Source: Actinomycetota bacterium
GTDB lineage: Bacteria > Actinomycetota > Actinomycetes > Actinomycetales > Microbacteriaceae
NCBI GenBank assembly: GCA_041190885.1
Contig: JBEEPX010000099.1
Span: 684-64,683 of the forward strand
Direction of reading: 5' to 3'
Length of the DNA: 64,000 nucleotides
Position 1 is the stretch's first letter; every line of letters starts with the position of its first letter. Positions 19,084-29,348 of this stretch are shown here, in pieces. The notes beneath the pieces are model-generated. The model saw only the letters and a program-made list of their open reading frames with translations. It made no database searches and was not told the origin of the DNA. Both the position numbers and the translations under genes were made by a program.

Positions 19084-22000
19084 ATGTTCAAGAAGATTCT
19101 GGTCGCCAACCGTGGCGAAATTGCAGTTCGCGCATTCCGAGCTGCCTACGAGCTAGGCGCAAAGACTGTCGCTGTCTTTCCATACGAAGACCGCAACTCA
19201 ACTCACCGTCTAAAGGCAGACGAGGCTTACCAGATTGGAACCGTGGGGCACCCGGTTCGCGCTTACCTTGACGTGAGTGAAATCATCCGTGTTGCTAAGG
19301 AATCTGGCGCCGACGCCATTTACCCGGGCTATGGCTTCTTGTCAGAAAACCCAGAGCTTGCCGAGGCGGCCAAGGCCAACGGCATCACCTTCATCGGTCC
19401 GTCATCTGACGTTCTCGAAATGGCCGGTAACAAGGTCATCGCCAAGGAAGCGGCCATTCGCGCCGGCGTGCCAGTGCTCAAGTCGACGCCTTCGTCGGCC
19501 AACGTTGACGAACTCGTCGGCCAGGCCGAGGCAATTGGGTTCCCAATCTTTGTAAAGGCAGTCGCCGGTGGTGGTGGCCGAGGCATGCGCCGCGTAGCTG
19601 AAGCTGCCGACTTGCGTGCTGCTCTAATCGAGGCATCTCGCGAGGCCGAGAGTGCATTCGGTGACCCGCGTGTGTTCTTGGAGCAGGCGGTAATTCGCCC
19701 TCGCCACATCGAGGTTCAGATTCTTGCCGACACTCAAGGCAACGTGGTTCACCTGTTCGAGCGCGACTGCTCGATTCAGCGCCGCAACCAGAAGGTTGTC
19801 GAGATCGCTCCTGCTCCGCTCATCACCGAAGAGCTGCGCCAGACGCTTTACCGCGATGCCGTCTCGTTCGCCCAGCAAATTGGTTACCAGAACGCCGGTA
19901 CAGTCGAGTTCTTGATTGACACGGTTGGCGCAAACGCCGGCAAGCACGTGTTCATCGAGATGAACCCTCGCATCCAGGTTGAGCACACCGTTTCTGAAGA
20001 GATCACGGATGTCGACTTGGTGCAGAGCCAGATGCGCATCGCCGCCGGCGAGAGCCTGCCGGAACTTGGTCTAACTCAGGACAAGATCCAGATGCACGGC
20101 TTCGCGGTTCAGTGCCGCATCACCACCGAAGACCCGGCAGCTAACTTCCGCCCAGACACCGGCAAAATCACCACCTATCGTTCACCCGGTGGTGCCGGAA
20201 TCCGTCTAGACGGTGGAACCGTGTCAACCGGTGCAGAGGTAAGCCCGCACTTCGACTCGATGCTGGTGAAGCTCATTGCCACCGGTCGCGACTTCAAGTC
20301 GGCCGTTACTCGTGCAAAGCGTGCGCTCGCCGAGTTCCGCATCCGTGGTGTTTCAACCAACATTGCTTTCTTGCAGGCAGTGCTTGCCGACCCGATCTTC
20401 GAAACCGGTGACCTAAGCACCTCGTTTATCGATGAGCACCCAGAACTCTTCACCGCGAAGCCTTCACAGGACCGTGGAACCAAGATTCTGTCTTGGTTGG
20501 CCGACGTTACTGTCAACCAGCCAAACGGCCCACGTGCGCACCACGTAACCCCGGCGCTAAAGTTGCCGGCCGTAGACCTAAACATTGCCGCGCCTGCCGG
20601 TTCTCGTCAGCGCTTGCTAGAGCTTGGCCCAGCCGGCTTTGCCAAGGATTTGCGAGAGCGCAGCCAGGTGGCCATCACAGACACCACTTTCCGCGACGCA
20701 CACCAGTCTCTTCTGGCTACTCGCGTTCGTGGCCGCGACCTAATTGCCGTGGCTCCATACGTTTCAAGACTGACCCCTCAGCTGCTTTCGGTTGAAGCCT
20801 GGGGTGGCGCAACTTACGACGTAGCTCTTCGCTTCTTGGGTGAAGACCCTTGGCAGCGACTTGCGGCTCTTCGCGAGGCAATGCCAAACCTTTGTATTCA
20901 GATGCTTTTGCGTGGCCGCAACACCGTCGGCTATACGCCGTACCCAACCGAGGTAACCGAGGCCTTCGTGGCCGAAGCTGCCGCGACCGGTGTTGACATC
21001 TTCCGTATTTTCGATGCCCTAAACGACATCGACCAGATGAAGCCAGCAATCGATGCGGTTCTCAAGACTGGCACCGCTGTGGCTGAGGTTGCCCTCTGCT
21101 ACACGGCCGACCTACTTGATCCAGAGGAAAAGCTTTACACCCTCGACTACTACCTAGACCTCGCGCAGCAGATCGTTGACTCTGGTGCTCACATCATCGC
21201 CATCAAGGACATGGCCGGTCTTTTGCGCCCAGCAGCGGCAGAGAAGCTTGTGACGGCATTGCGCTCGCGCTTTGACCTTCCAGTTCACCTACACACTCAC
21301 GACACCGCTGGTGGCCAGCTGGCGACTCTGATGTCGGCCATTCACGCCGGTGTTGACGCAGTTGACGTAGCCAGCGCACCGATGGCCGGCACAACCAGCC
21401 AGCCTTCGGCTTCGGCGTTGGTTGCAGCCTTGGCTCACACTCCGCAGGACAGCGGAATCTCACTCTCGGCTGTTGCCGAGCTCGAGCCCTATTGGGAAGC
21501 GGTTCGCAAGGTCTACGCGCCATTCGAATCAGGCCTGCCTGGTCCAACCGGTCGTGTCTACAAGCACGAGATTCCAGGTGGCCAGCTCTCGAACCTTCGT
21601 CAGCAGGCAATCGCACTTGGTCTTGGCGACCAGTTCGAAAAGGTCGAAAACATGTATGCCGCGGCCAACGAAATTCTCGGCCGCCCAACCAAGGTGACTC
21701 CATCCTCGAAGGTGGTCGGCGACCTCGCCCTGCACCTGGTGGCAGTGAACGCTGACCCGGTTGATTTCGCACAGAACCCGCAAAACTACGACGTGCCAGA
21801 TTCTGTAGTCGGCTTTATGGCTGGCGAGCTGGGTGACCTACCGGGTGGTTGGCCAGAGCCATTCCGCACCAAGGTGCTTGCCGGCAAGAACCTAAAGTTC
21901 GGTGTTACCCCTGTTTCTGCCGAAGACCTAGAGGCGCTTCAGGGAACCAGCTCGGCTCTGCGACGTGCAACCCTGAACCGACTGCTCTTCCCGGCTCCAA

Positions 22001-22494
22001 CGGCAGAGTTCTTGAAGTCTCAAGAGGCTTACGGAAACCTTGACCAGATCGACACCGTCGACTACCTCTACGGGCTCGAGCAGGGTCACGAGCACGTTGT
22101 CGAAATCGCCAAGGGTGTTCGCTTGTATGTGGGCCTAGAGGCGATCGGAACCCCGGATGCCAAGGGATTCCGCACCGTAATGGCAACCATGAATGGCCAG
22201 CTGCGCCCAATCAACGTTCGCGACAACAAGATTGCCGTCGACACGGTGGCCGCTGAAAAGGCCGACGCCAACAACCTTGGCCACGTTGCCGCCCCATTTG
22301 CCGGTGTCGTAACCCTTCAAACCGTTGAGGGAACGCACGTCGAAGTTGGTCAGCCGGTGGCGACCATCGAGGCAATGAAGATGGAAGCCACAATAACCGC
22401 TAGCGTGGCTGGAACGGTTCGCCGTTTGGCAATCGCCAAGACTGCGCCGGTGGATGCGGGCGACTTGATTCTGGTTGTTGAGCCCACGGCTTAA
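19084..22494 (+). CDS. pyc: Pyruvate carboxylase
   Basis: BC domain (KILVANRGEIA, GGGGRGMR), CT domain (DTTFRDAHQS, HLHTHD) and biotin motif EAMKM; GAGGAA SD before ATG 19084. Confidence 0.98.
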   Translation: MFKKILVANRGEIAVRAFRAAYELGAKTVAVFPYEDRNSTHRLKADEAYQIGTVGHPVRAYLDVSEIIRVAKESGADAIYPGYGFLSENPELAEAAKANGITFIGPSSDVLEMAGNKVIAKEAAIRAGVPVLKSTPSSANVDELVGQAEAIGFPIFVKAVAGGGGRGMRRVAEAADLRAALIEASREAESAFGDPRVFLEQAVIRPRHIEVQILADTQGNVVHLFERDCSIQRRNQKVVEIAPAPLITEELRQTLYRDAVSFAQQIGYQNAGTVEFLIDTVGANAGKHVFIEMNPRIQVEHTVSEEITDVDLVQSQMRIAAGESLPELGLTQDKIQMHGFAVQCRITTEDPAANFRPDTGKITTYRSPGGAGIRLDGGTVSTGAEVSPHFDSMLVKLIATGRDFKSAVTRAKRALAEFRIRGVSTNIAFLQAVLADPIFETGDLSTSFIDEHPELFTAKPSQDRGTKILSWLADVTVNQPNGPRAHHVTPALKLPAVDLNIAAPAGSRQRLLELGPAGFAKDLRERSQVAITDTTFRDAHQSLLATRVRGRDLIAVAPYVSRLTPQLLSVEAWGGATYDVALRFLGEDPWQRLAALREAMPNLCIQMLLRGRNTVGYTPYPTEVTEAFVAEAAATGVDIFRIFDALNDIDQMKPAIDAVLKTGTAVAEVALCYTADLLDPEEKLYTLDYYLDLAQQIVDSGAHIIAIKDMAGLLRPAAAEKLVTALRSRFDLPVHLHTHDTAGGQLATLMSAIHAGVDAVDVASAPMAGTTSQPSASALVAALAHTPQDSGISLSAVAELEPYWEAVRKVYAPFESGLPGPTGRVYKHEIPGGQLSNLRQQAIALGLGDQFEKVENMYAAANEILGRPTKVTPSSKVVGDLALHLVAVNADPVDFAQNPQNYDVPDSVVGFMAGELGDLPGGWPEPFRTKVLAGKNLKFGVTPVSAEDLEALQGTSSALRRATLNRLLFPAPTAEFLKSQEAYGNLDQIDTVDYLYGLEQGHEHVVEIAKGVRLYVGLEAIGTPDAKGFRTVMATMNGQLRPINVRDNKIAVDTVAAEKADANNLGHVAAPFAGVVTLQTVEGTHVEVGQPVATIEAMKMEATITASVAGTVRRLAIAKTAPVDAGDLILVVEPTA

Positions 22495-22581
22495 TTCGGC
22501 AAGCATTTCGCTCCTGAGGTAAACTTGGGCTTCTAATCGCACGCGCGAACTTTTTGTGCGGGCTCAAGCAAGGAGATTCGA

Positions 22582-23787
22582 ATGGCTATTTGGGACAAGA
22601 AACCAGAGGGCGACGACTTTCTGGCACCACGACCACAAGCCGACGCTCCCGTAGCCGAGCGCACTCACTCACTGGCAGAAATTGCGGTCGACGCTGGCCT
22701 GGTCGATGTAACTCCAAGTACCTCTTCAATCGAAATTGTGACCGAAGAGCCAAGACTTACCCGTGAATTCGACAACGTTGACACCGGCCTAGTTCGCAAA
22801 ACCAACTACTCACGACGTGACAGCCTTCGTGGCGAAATTTTCGACCAGCCTGAGCCTGCAGCCATGCTCACCGCCGATCGTCTAATCGATTTGAGCGCAC
22901 GCAACCGTCCAGCTCCAGAGTCCGGCTTCCGTCGATTCCTTTACCTAATCAGCCTGAAAACCATCAACCTTGGCGATTCGCTAAAGGTTCGTGAGCGCAA
23001 GGCAGTCGACGCACGCATCGGCGCACCGCTAGATGGTGGAGCCAAGTTCGTTCCGGTCTTGACTCGCAAGGGTGGCGTTGGCAAGACCACCGTCAGCACG
23101 CTTCTCGGCATGGCTTTAGCGCTTTCGCGCGAAGACCGAATCATCGCCATCGATGCAAACCCTGACCGCGGCACACTTGCCGAGCGCGTCAGCAAATCGA
23201 CACGCTTCACCGTGCGCGACGTTGTGAACCGCGCTGCTGCGGTTGATGGCTTCACCGACTTCTCGACCATGGTTTCGCGCGATGTCACCCGCCTAGATGT
23301 GCTTGCATCCGACAGCGACCCAATGTTGTCAGAAGCTTTCGACGAGGGCGACTACAACGTGGTTGCCGACATGGCGGCGCGCTACTACTCAATCGTGCTA
23401 ACCGACTGCGGAACCGGCATTGTGCACTCGGTCATGCGCCCAACTCTTCAGCGCGCAAGCGGACTAGTGATTGTTTCAGGCGGATCGGTTGATGAGGCAC
23501 GTTTGGCTTCGGAGACACTGACCTGGCTCGAGGCAAACGGATACGGTGACCTAGTCAGAAACTCAGTCGTTGCCCTAAACACCGCCACTCAGGGAACCAA
23601 CCTGGTCAAGCTCGACGAGATTGAACAGCACTTCAAGACTCGTGTTCGTCATGTGGTGAGAATTCCTTATGACCCAGCACTTGCCGCTGGCTCGGTTATT
23701 CGATTCGACCAGCTGCGCAAGGGCACCCGCGACGCGGCCCGTGAGCTTGCCGCTCTGGTTGTCGATGGTCTAAACAGCCCGATCTAA
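22582..23787 (+). CDS. MinD/ParA family ATPase with disordered N-terminus (Rv0530/EspI-like)
   Basis: TRKGGVGKTT, DANPDRGTL, TDCGTG and IPYDPAL; AGGAG SD. Confidence 0.88.
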   Translation: MAIWDKKPEGDDFLAPRPQADAPVAERTHSLAEIAVDAGLVDVTPSTSSIEIVTEEPRLTREFDNVDTGLVRKTNYSRRDSLRGEIFDQPEPAAMLTADRLIDLSARNRPAPESGFRRFLYLISLKTINLGDSLKVRERKAVDARIGAPLDGGAKFVPVLTRKGGVGKTTVSTLLGMALALSREDRIIAIDANPDRGTLAERVSKSTRFTVRDVVNRAAAVDGFTDFSTMVSRDVTRLDVLASDSDPMLSEAFDEGDYNVVADMAARYYSIVLTDCGTGIVHSVMRPTLQRASGLVIVSGGSVDEARLASETLTWLEANGYGDLVRNSVVALNTATQGTNLVKLDEIEQHFKTRVRHVVRIPYDPALAAGSVIRFDQLRKGTRDAARELAALVVDGLNSPI

Positions 23788-23792
23788 GAGCG

Positions 23793-24290
23793 ATGGCTGT
23801 TCGCGAGATTCGCCTTTTTGGCGATCCTGTCCTTAAGTCCGTCTCGGCACAAATCGAAGTTTTCGATGAAGCCACTCGCTCGCTCATCGATGATTTGGTC
23901 GACACCACAAAGCTTCCGGGCCGAGCTGGTGTCGCGGCTCCTCAAATCGGTGTCAACCTTCGAGCCTTCAGTTACAACGTCGATGGCCAAATTGGCTACT
24001 TGATCAACCCCAGAATCATCGAGCTCGGGGGAGAACTAGTGCCGACCGGCGAAGGTTGTCTGTCGGTTCCAGGTCTTTGGCATGACACTCCACGGCGAAC
24101 CTTTGCGAGAGCAGAAGGTTTTGATGTCGATGGCAACCGAGTCGAGTTATCAGGCAACGGTTTGATGGCGCAGATGCTTCAGCACGAATGCGATCACCTG
24201 GATGGTTATCTCTATCTCGACCGCCTAGAGCCGGCCGAGCGCAAAATTGCGATGCGTGAACTTCGCGAATCAGATTGGTTCATGAAGTAG
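23793..24290 (+). CDS. def: Peptide deformylase
   Basis: GVAAPQIG, EGCLS and QHECDHL motifs. Confidence 0.97.
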   Translation: MAVREIRLFGDPVLKSVSAQIEVFDEATRSLIDDLVDTTKLPGRAGVAAPQIGVNLRAFSYNVDGQIGYLINPRIIELGGELVPTGEGCLSVPGLWHDTPRRTFARAEGFDVDGNRVELSGNGLMAQMLQHECDHLDGYLYLDRLEPAERKIAMRELRESDWFMK

Positions 24291-24323
24291 ATCGGCGCTG
24301 AAGCCAACCAACTTGGTTTGGCG

Positions 24324-26150
24324 CTAGAGAGCGCCGCCCTCGAGAGTCTGTGGGCCGGTCTCGTAAATCTCTTGAACCGATGGCGCAAAGTCTCGAAGCA
24401 CAACGTCGCGCTTGATCTTGAGTGAAGGTGTCAAGTGACCCGACTCTTCGCTTAGCTCTTGAGTGAGCACCACAAATTTGCGAATCGATTCAGCCTTCGA
24501 GAAGTTCTTGTTGACTCGATCGATAGAGCGCTGAATTTCGGCAAGCACGATAGGAGACTTGGCGGCATCGGCAACCGAAAGGTTCTTGTCTGCGCCATTG
24601 TTGGCCAGCCAAATTGGCAACATCTCTGGGTCGAGCGAAATCAGTGCTGCAACAAAAGGCTTCTGGTCACCGATGACCACTGCCTGACCAATCAGTGGGT
24701 TTGCGCGCAGTGGATCTTCGAGCAAAGTCGGGGCAACGTTCTTGCCGCCGGCAGTAACAATCAATTCCTTCTTGCGTCCTGTGATGCTCAAGAAACCTTC
24801 GTCGTCTAGCTCGCCAATGTCGCCAGTCTTGAACCACTCGCCGTCCATTGCTGCCGCGGTGGCCTCTGGGTTTCTCCAGTAGCCCCGAAGAATGTTGATG
24901 CCGCGCAGCCAGATCTCGCCGTCTTCGGCGATCTTGATGCCGGTGCCCGGGAGCATGCGGCCGACCTTGCCAATTTTGACGTGGTTTGGTCGCGCGATCA
25001 TCGCGGGCGCCGTGGTTTCGGTGAGGCCGTAACCCTCAAGAACGATTAGACCGATTGCGCGGTAGAAGTGACCCAGTCGGCTACCAAGTGGGGCACCTCC
25101 AGAAACCGCGTAACGAACTTTGCCACCCATGGCTGCGCGCAATTTCTTATAAACCAGGATGTCGAAAATCTTGTGCTGAATCTTTAAGCCGAGCGAAGGC
25201 CCCTTCGGGTCATCCAAGGCCTTCGAATAAGCGATCGCGGTGTAGGCGGCCTTGCGGAAAATCTTTCCCTTGCCAGCGGCCTCGGCCTTTTGTTCTGCCG
25301 AGTTGTATACCTTTTCGAAAACGCGGGGAACGGCTAGCAAGAAGTCGGGGTGGAAGCTGGCCATAGCTGGGCCGACGTTCTTAGAGTCTGGCTGGTGGCC
25401 AACCTTAACTCCGCCGTGAACACACAAAACCTCGATGAAGCGGGCAAAAACGTGGGCTAGAGGCAGGAACAACAAGGTGCTGTGACCGACCTTGACGACT
25501 TCAGACATCTCAAGGGTGGCATTTTTGCTTAGCTCGACAAAACCCTGGTGGGTCAGCTCGCAGCCCTTTGGCTTGCCGGTCGTGCCCGAGGTGTAAATGA
25601 TTGTGGCTAGGTCAGTTAGCTTTGCCGAGTGACGGCGATCCTCGACGACCTCATTTGAAATACTCTTGCCCGATTGAATCAGCTTTTCGATGGCTCCAGA
25701 GTCGAAAGAGTAGACGTTTCGAACGAGCGGAGCACCTGCTTTGATCTGTTCAAATCGCTCGATGTGCTCGGCTGTTTCAACGAACAAGGCGACTGCGTCC
25801 GAGTCTGCGAGAATCCATTCCATTTGGCTCGGGGCCGAAGTCTCGTAAATAGGCACTCCAACAGCGCCGGTATACCAAATTGCGAAGTCCAGAAGTGTCC
25901 ACTCAAAACGAGTGCGGCTCATGATGGCAACTGCTTGACCGGCGGCGACACCGCTGGCGATGAGGCCCTTTGCCAGAGCGATTACCTGATCTTCAAAGTC
26001 TTTTGCAGTCAGGTCTTTCCATTGCCCCTCGCTGGTTTCACGAGAAAAAATTGGCAGCTGCGGCGTCTCTATGACTCGATTCGCTAGCAGGTCGGTGATG
26101 TTTTCGCTTGGGTCTGAAACCACAATCGCCGGTACATCGTAAGACTTCAC
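24324..26150 (-). CDS. fadD: Long-chain fatty acyl-CoA synthetase (FadD15-like)
   Basis: YTSGTTGKPKG, EGYGLTET, TGDIG, GRKKELIVTAGGKN and LTPSLK; GGAG SD on the minus strand. Confidence 0.94.
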   Translation of the reverse strand: MKSYDVPAIVVSDPSENITDLLANRVIETPQLPIFSRETSEGQWKDLTAKDFEDQVIALAKGLIASGVAAGQAVAIMSRTRFEWTLLDFAIWYTGAVGVPIYETSAPSQMEWILADSDAVALFVETAEHIERFEQIKAGAPLVRNVYSFDSGAIEKLIQSGKSISNEVVEDRRHSAKLTDLATIIYTSGTTGKPKGCELTHQGFVELSKNATLEMSEVVKVGHSTLLFLPLAHVFARFIEVLCVHGGVKVGHQPDSKNVGPAMASFHPDFLLAVPRVFEKVYNSAEQKAEAAGKGKIFRKAAYTAIAYSKALDDPKGPSLGLKIQHKIFDILVYKKLRAAMGGKVRYAVSGGAPLGSRLGHFYRAIGLIVLEGYGLTETTAPAMIARPNHVKIGKVGRMLPGTGIKIAEDGEIWLRGINILRGYWRNPEATAAAMDGEWFKTGDIGELDDEGFLSITGRKKELIVTAGGKNVAPTLLEDPLRANPLIGQAVVIGDQKPFVAALISLDPEMLPIWLANNGADKNLSVADAAKSPIVLAEIQRSIDRVNKNFSKAESIRKFVVLTQELSEESGHLTPSLKIKRDVVLRDFAPSVQEIYETGPQTLEGGAL

Positions 26151-26254
26151 TGTCGCTCCTCAACGCTTGAGTATTTCGACCACTCTAGCGTGAAGGGATA
26201 TACTTTTTTAGTAAACCTGCCGTCTCCAGATAAGGCAGTTTGATTAAGGAACTC

Positions 26255-27199
26255 ATGTACACGGTAGGTATTGACATCGGCGGCACCAAAATTGCTGGCG
26301 CGCTAGTCGACATTGATGGAAATATCGTTGCCGAGTCGAAGGTTCCAACCCCGGCTCAAGACCCAGACGCGCTGGTTGACGCAGTTGTTGCACTTGTGAC
26401 CGAGTTGTCTCTCGGCAAAGAAGTTTTGGGCGTTGGCGTCGCAGCCGCCGGCTTTATCGATGCCGATCAGGCCAACATCATTTATGCGCCCAACCTGAGC
26501 TGGCGCAACGAGCCATTCAAGGCAAAGCTTCAGGCAAAGTTGCCGCTTCCGGTCATCATCGAAAACGACGCCAACGCTGCAGCTTGGGCCGAGTTTCGCT
26601 ATGGAGCAGGCAAGGGCTACCAGCACATGATCATGTTGACCATTGGCACCGGGGTTGGTGGCGCGGTCATCGTGAACGGACAGATGCTTCGCGGTGGTTT
26701 CGGAATCGCCGGTGAACTTGGTCACCTTCGAGTGGTTCCTAACGGAAAACTTTGCGGTTGTGGTCAACACGGCTGTTTGGAATCCTATGGTTCGGGCACC
26801 GCACTATTGAAGGCAGCCAAGGAACTTGCTGGCTCAGACCTCGAAATCGGGGCGCGCTTGCGCGAGCTTGAGGCTCAGGCCGGCGAATTAACCGGTGCTC
26901 AGGTGTACACCGCGATCCTCGAAAGAGATCCTGGTGCGCTTCAAATTCTTACCGAACTTGGCACCTGGTTGGGCGAAGCGATCGGCAGTCTCACTGCCGT
27001 TCTTGACCCACAGATTGTTGTGATTGGCGGGGGAGTCAGCGCGGCCGGTGATTTGTTGCTAAACCCGATTCGTGAGGCCTACCTTGCCCACCTGCCGGCA
27101 CGCGGATTTAGACCCGAGCTAGAGATCAAGGGGGCCGAGTTCGTAAACGACGCTGGGGTTGTTGGCGCAGCCGATTTGGTGCGCGCGGCTCTCGGCTAA
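26255..27199 (+). CDS. glk: ROK family glucokinase
   Basis: GIDIGGTK, ENDANAAA, GTGVGG and GELGH...CGCGQHGCLE; AAGGA SD before ATG 26255. Confidence 0.93.
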   Translation: MYTVGIDIGGTKIAGALVDIDGNIVAESKVPTPAQDPDALVDAVVALVTELSLGKEVLGVGVAAAGFIDADQANIIYAPNLSWRNEPFKAKLQAKLPLPVIIENDANAAAWAEFRYGAGKGYQHMIMLTIGTGVGGAVIVNGQMLRGGFGIAGELGHLRVVPNGKLCGCGQHGCLESYGSGTALLKAAKELAGSDLEIGARLRELEAQAGELTGAQVYTAILERDPGALQILTELGTWLGEAIGSLTAVLDPQIVVIGGGVSAAGDLLLNPIREAYLAHLPARGFRPELEIKGAEFVNDAGVVGAADLVRAALG

Positions 27200-27233
27200 A
27201 CTGTAAGTTCGCCAAACGAGCATTAGGGAGGGC

Positions 27234-27926
27234 ATGATGGCTTATTTCATTCTGAAAAACCTCATTCTCGGACCTTTGCTGCGCGTACTTTTTCGCCCAT
27301 GGGTTCGTGGAATGGAAAACATTCCGACCTCTGGCGCCGCAATTTTGGCCAGCAACCACCTGTCTTTTTCTGACTCAATCTTTTTGCCGTTGCAGTCGCG
27401 CCGACCTGTAGTTTTTCTTGCTAAGAGCGAGTACTTCACTGGCAAGGGGCTCAAGGGCGCGCTGACTCGCTGGTTCTTCAAGGCGACCGGCCAGTTGCCA
27501 ATCGACCGATCTGGTGGCAAGGCGTCCGAGGCGTCATTGAACACCGGGCTGAGCGTACTTGCTGAGGGTTCGCTGCTCGGCATTTACCCCGAAGGTACCC
27601 GCAGCCCAGACGGCCGCCTATACCGTGGTCGCACCGGTATTGCTCGCATGGTTCTCGAGGCCAAGGTGCCAGTCATCCCGGTTGCCATGATTGACACCGA
27701 AAAGGTGCAACCGATTGGTCAGCGCCTGCCGAAGATTCGCCGCATCGGAATCGTTGTGGGTCAACCCTTAGATTTTTCGCGATTTGATGGCATGGAGGGT
27801 GACCGAATTGTGTTGCGCGCCGTCACCGACGAAATCATGTACGAACTGATGAAGATCAGCGGCCAGGAGTACATCGATGTCTACGCGTCATCGGTGAAAG
27901 AAAAACGAGCAAGGCTCGCAAGGTAG
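27234..27926 (+). CDS. plsC: 1-acyl-sn-glycerol-3-phosphate acyltransferase
   Basis: NHLSFSD (HX4D), FLAKSEYF and YPEGTRS. Confidence 0.92.
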   Translation: MMAYFILKNLILGPLLRVLFRPWVRGMENIPTSGAAILASNHLSFSDSIFLPLQSRRPVVFLAKSEYFTGKGLKGALTRWFFKATGQLPIDRSGGKASEASLNTGLSVLAEGSLLGIYPEGTRSPDGRLYRGRTGIARMVLEAKVPVIPVAMIDTEKVQPIGQRLPKIRRIGIVVGQPLDFSRFDGMEGDRIVLRAVTDEIMYELMKISGQEYIDVYASSVKEKRARLAR

Positions 27927-27938
27927 GAACGAGAGAAA

Positions 27939-29300
27939 ATGAACGAAACAGTAGTCGCGGCAAATCCAGGGGTAATCGCTGGGCTCGACAACTATCTCAC
28001 CCTGCCTGCAGCTCAGCAGCCAAGTTGGCCAGACGCAGCAGCTGTAGCCGAGGTTAGAGCAGAGCTTGCCACCTTGCCGCCACTTGTTTTCGCCGGTGAA
28101 GTAGACATTCTGCGTGATCGCCTAGCTCAGGCCTCCTCTGGCAAGGCATTCTTGCTTCAGGGTGGAGACTGCGCCGAGACTTTTGCCGATGCAACTGCAG
28201 ATCGCATTCGCAACCGTGTCAAAACTCTTCTTCAGATGGCGGTTGTTCTGACTTACGGTGCATCTATGCCGGTCATCAAGATGGGCCGCATGGCCGGTCA
28301 GTTCGCTAAGCCGCGTTCGAGCGACAGCGAAACCCGCGGCGAGGTTACCTTGCCGGCATACCGTGGCGACATCGTGAATGGCTATGACTTCACCGCCGAA
28401 TCTCGCGTGCCAGACCCTCAGCGCATGCTCAAGGCTTACCATACCTCGGCGTCGACCCTGAATTTGATTCGTGCCTTCACTCAAGGTGGCTTTGCCGACC
28501 TGCGATCGGTGCACGAATGGAACCGTGGCTTTGCCGACAACCCGGCCAACGCCCGCTACCTTTCATTGGCACAGGAAATCGATCGAGCCATCAAGTTCAT
28601 GGCCGCCTGTGGCGCCGACTTCAACGAACTTCGCACCACCGAGTTTTACGTAAGCCACGAAGGTTTGCTAATGGACTACGAGCGTCCGATGACTCGCATT
28701 GACTCGCGCACCGGAAATCCATACCTAACCTCTGGTCACTTCATCTGGATTGGTGAGCGCACCCGTCAGATGGATCACGCACACGTCGACTACTTGTCTC
28801 GAGTCAGAAACCCAATCGGTGTGAAGCTCGGCCCAACGACTCAGGTTTCTGATGTTGTTGAGCTAATCGAGCGCCTCGACCCGAATCGTGAACCCGGCCG
28901 CCTTACCTTCATCACCCGCATGGGTGCGGGCAAGATCCGCGAAGAGCTGCCTAAGTTGGTTGAGGCCGTTCGCGACTCTGAGGCGAACCCGCTCTGGATC
29001 ACCGACCCGATGCACGGCAACGGAATTACTACCAAGAATGGCTACAAGTCGCGTCGCTTTGACGATGTCATGGATGAGGTTCGTGGCTTCTTCGAGGTTC
29101 ACAAGGCTGCCGGAACCTTCCCTGGCGGAGTTCACGTAGAGCTAACCGGCGATGACGTTGCGGAATGTCTTGGTGGTTCGGATGCGATCGACGAGGCATC
29201 GCTGGAAGAGCGTTACGAGTCGCTTTGTGACCCGCGCCTAAACCACTCACAGTCACTCGAGTTGGCTTTCCTAGTGGCCGAGCAGCTAGCCAAGCGCTAA
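27939..29300 (+). CDS. Class II DAHP synthase
   Basis: LLQGGDCAE, GRMAGQFAKPRS, WIGERTR, DPMHGN and CDPRLN. Confidence 0.97.
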   Translation: MNETVVAANPGVIAGLDNYLTLPAAQQPSWPDAAAVAEVRAELATLPPLVFAGEVDILRDRLAQASSGKAFLLQGGDCAETFADATADRIRNRVKTLLQMAVVLTYGASMPVIKMGRMAGQFAKPRSSDSETRGEVTLPAYRGDIVNGYDFTAESRVPDPQRMLKAYHTSASTLNLIRAFTQGGFADLRSVHEWNRGFADNPANARYLSLAQEIDRAIKFMAACGADFNELRTTEFYVSHEGLLMDYERPMTRIDSRTGNPYLTSGHFIWIGERTRQMDHAHVDYLSRVRNPIGVKLGPTTQVSDVVELIERLDPNREPGRLTFITRMGAGKIREELPKLVEAVRDSEANPLWITDPMHGNGITTKNGYKSRRFDDVMDEVRGFFEVHKAAGTFPGGVHVELTGDDVAECLGGSDAIDEASLEERYESLCDPRLNHSQSLELAFLVAEQLAKR

Positions 29301-29308
29301 CAGAATCT

Positions 29309-29348
29309 AAAAAAAGAGGTGACCCGAGACAGGGTCGCCTCTTTTTTT
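29309..29348. terminator. Bidirectional intrinsic terminator between DAHP synthase and pknL
   Basis: A7-GAGGTGACCC-GAGACA-GGGTCGCCTC-T7. Confidence 0.92.
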
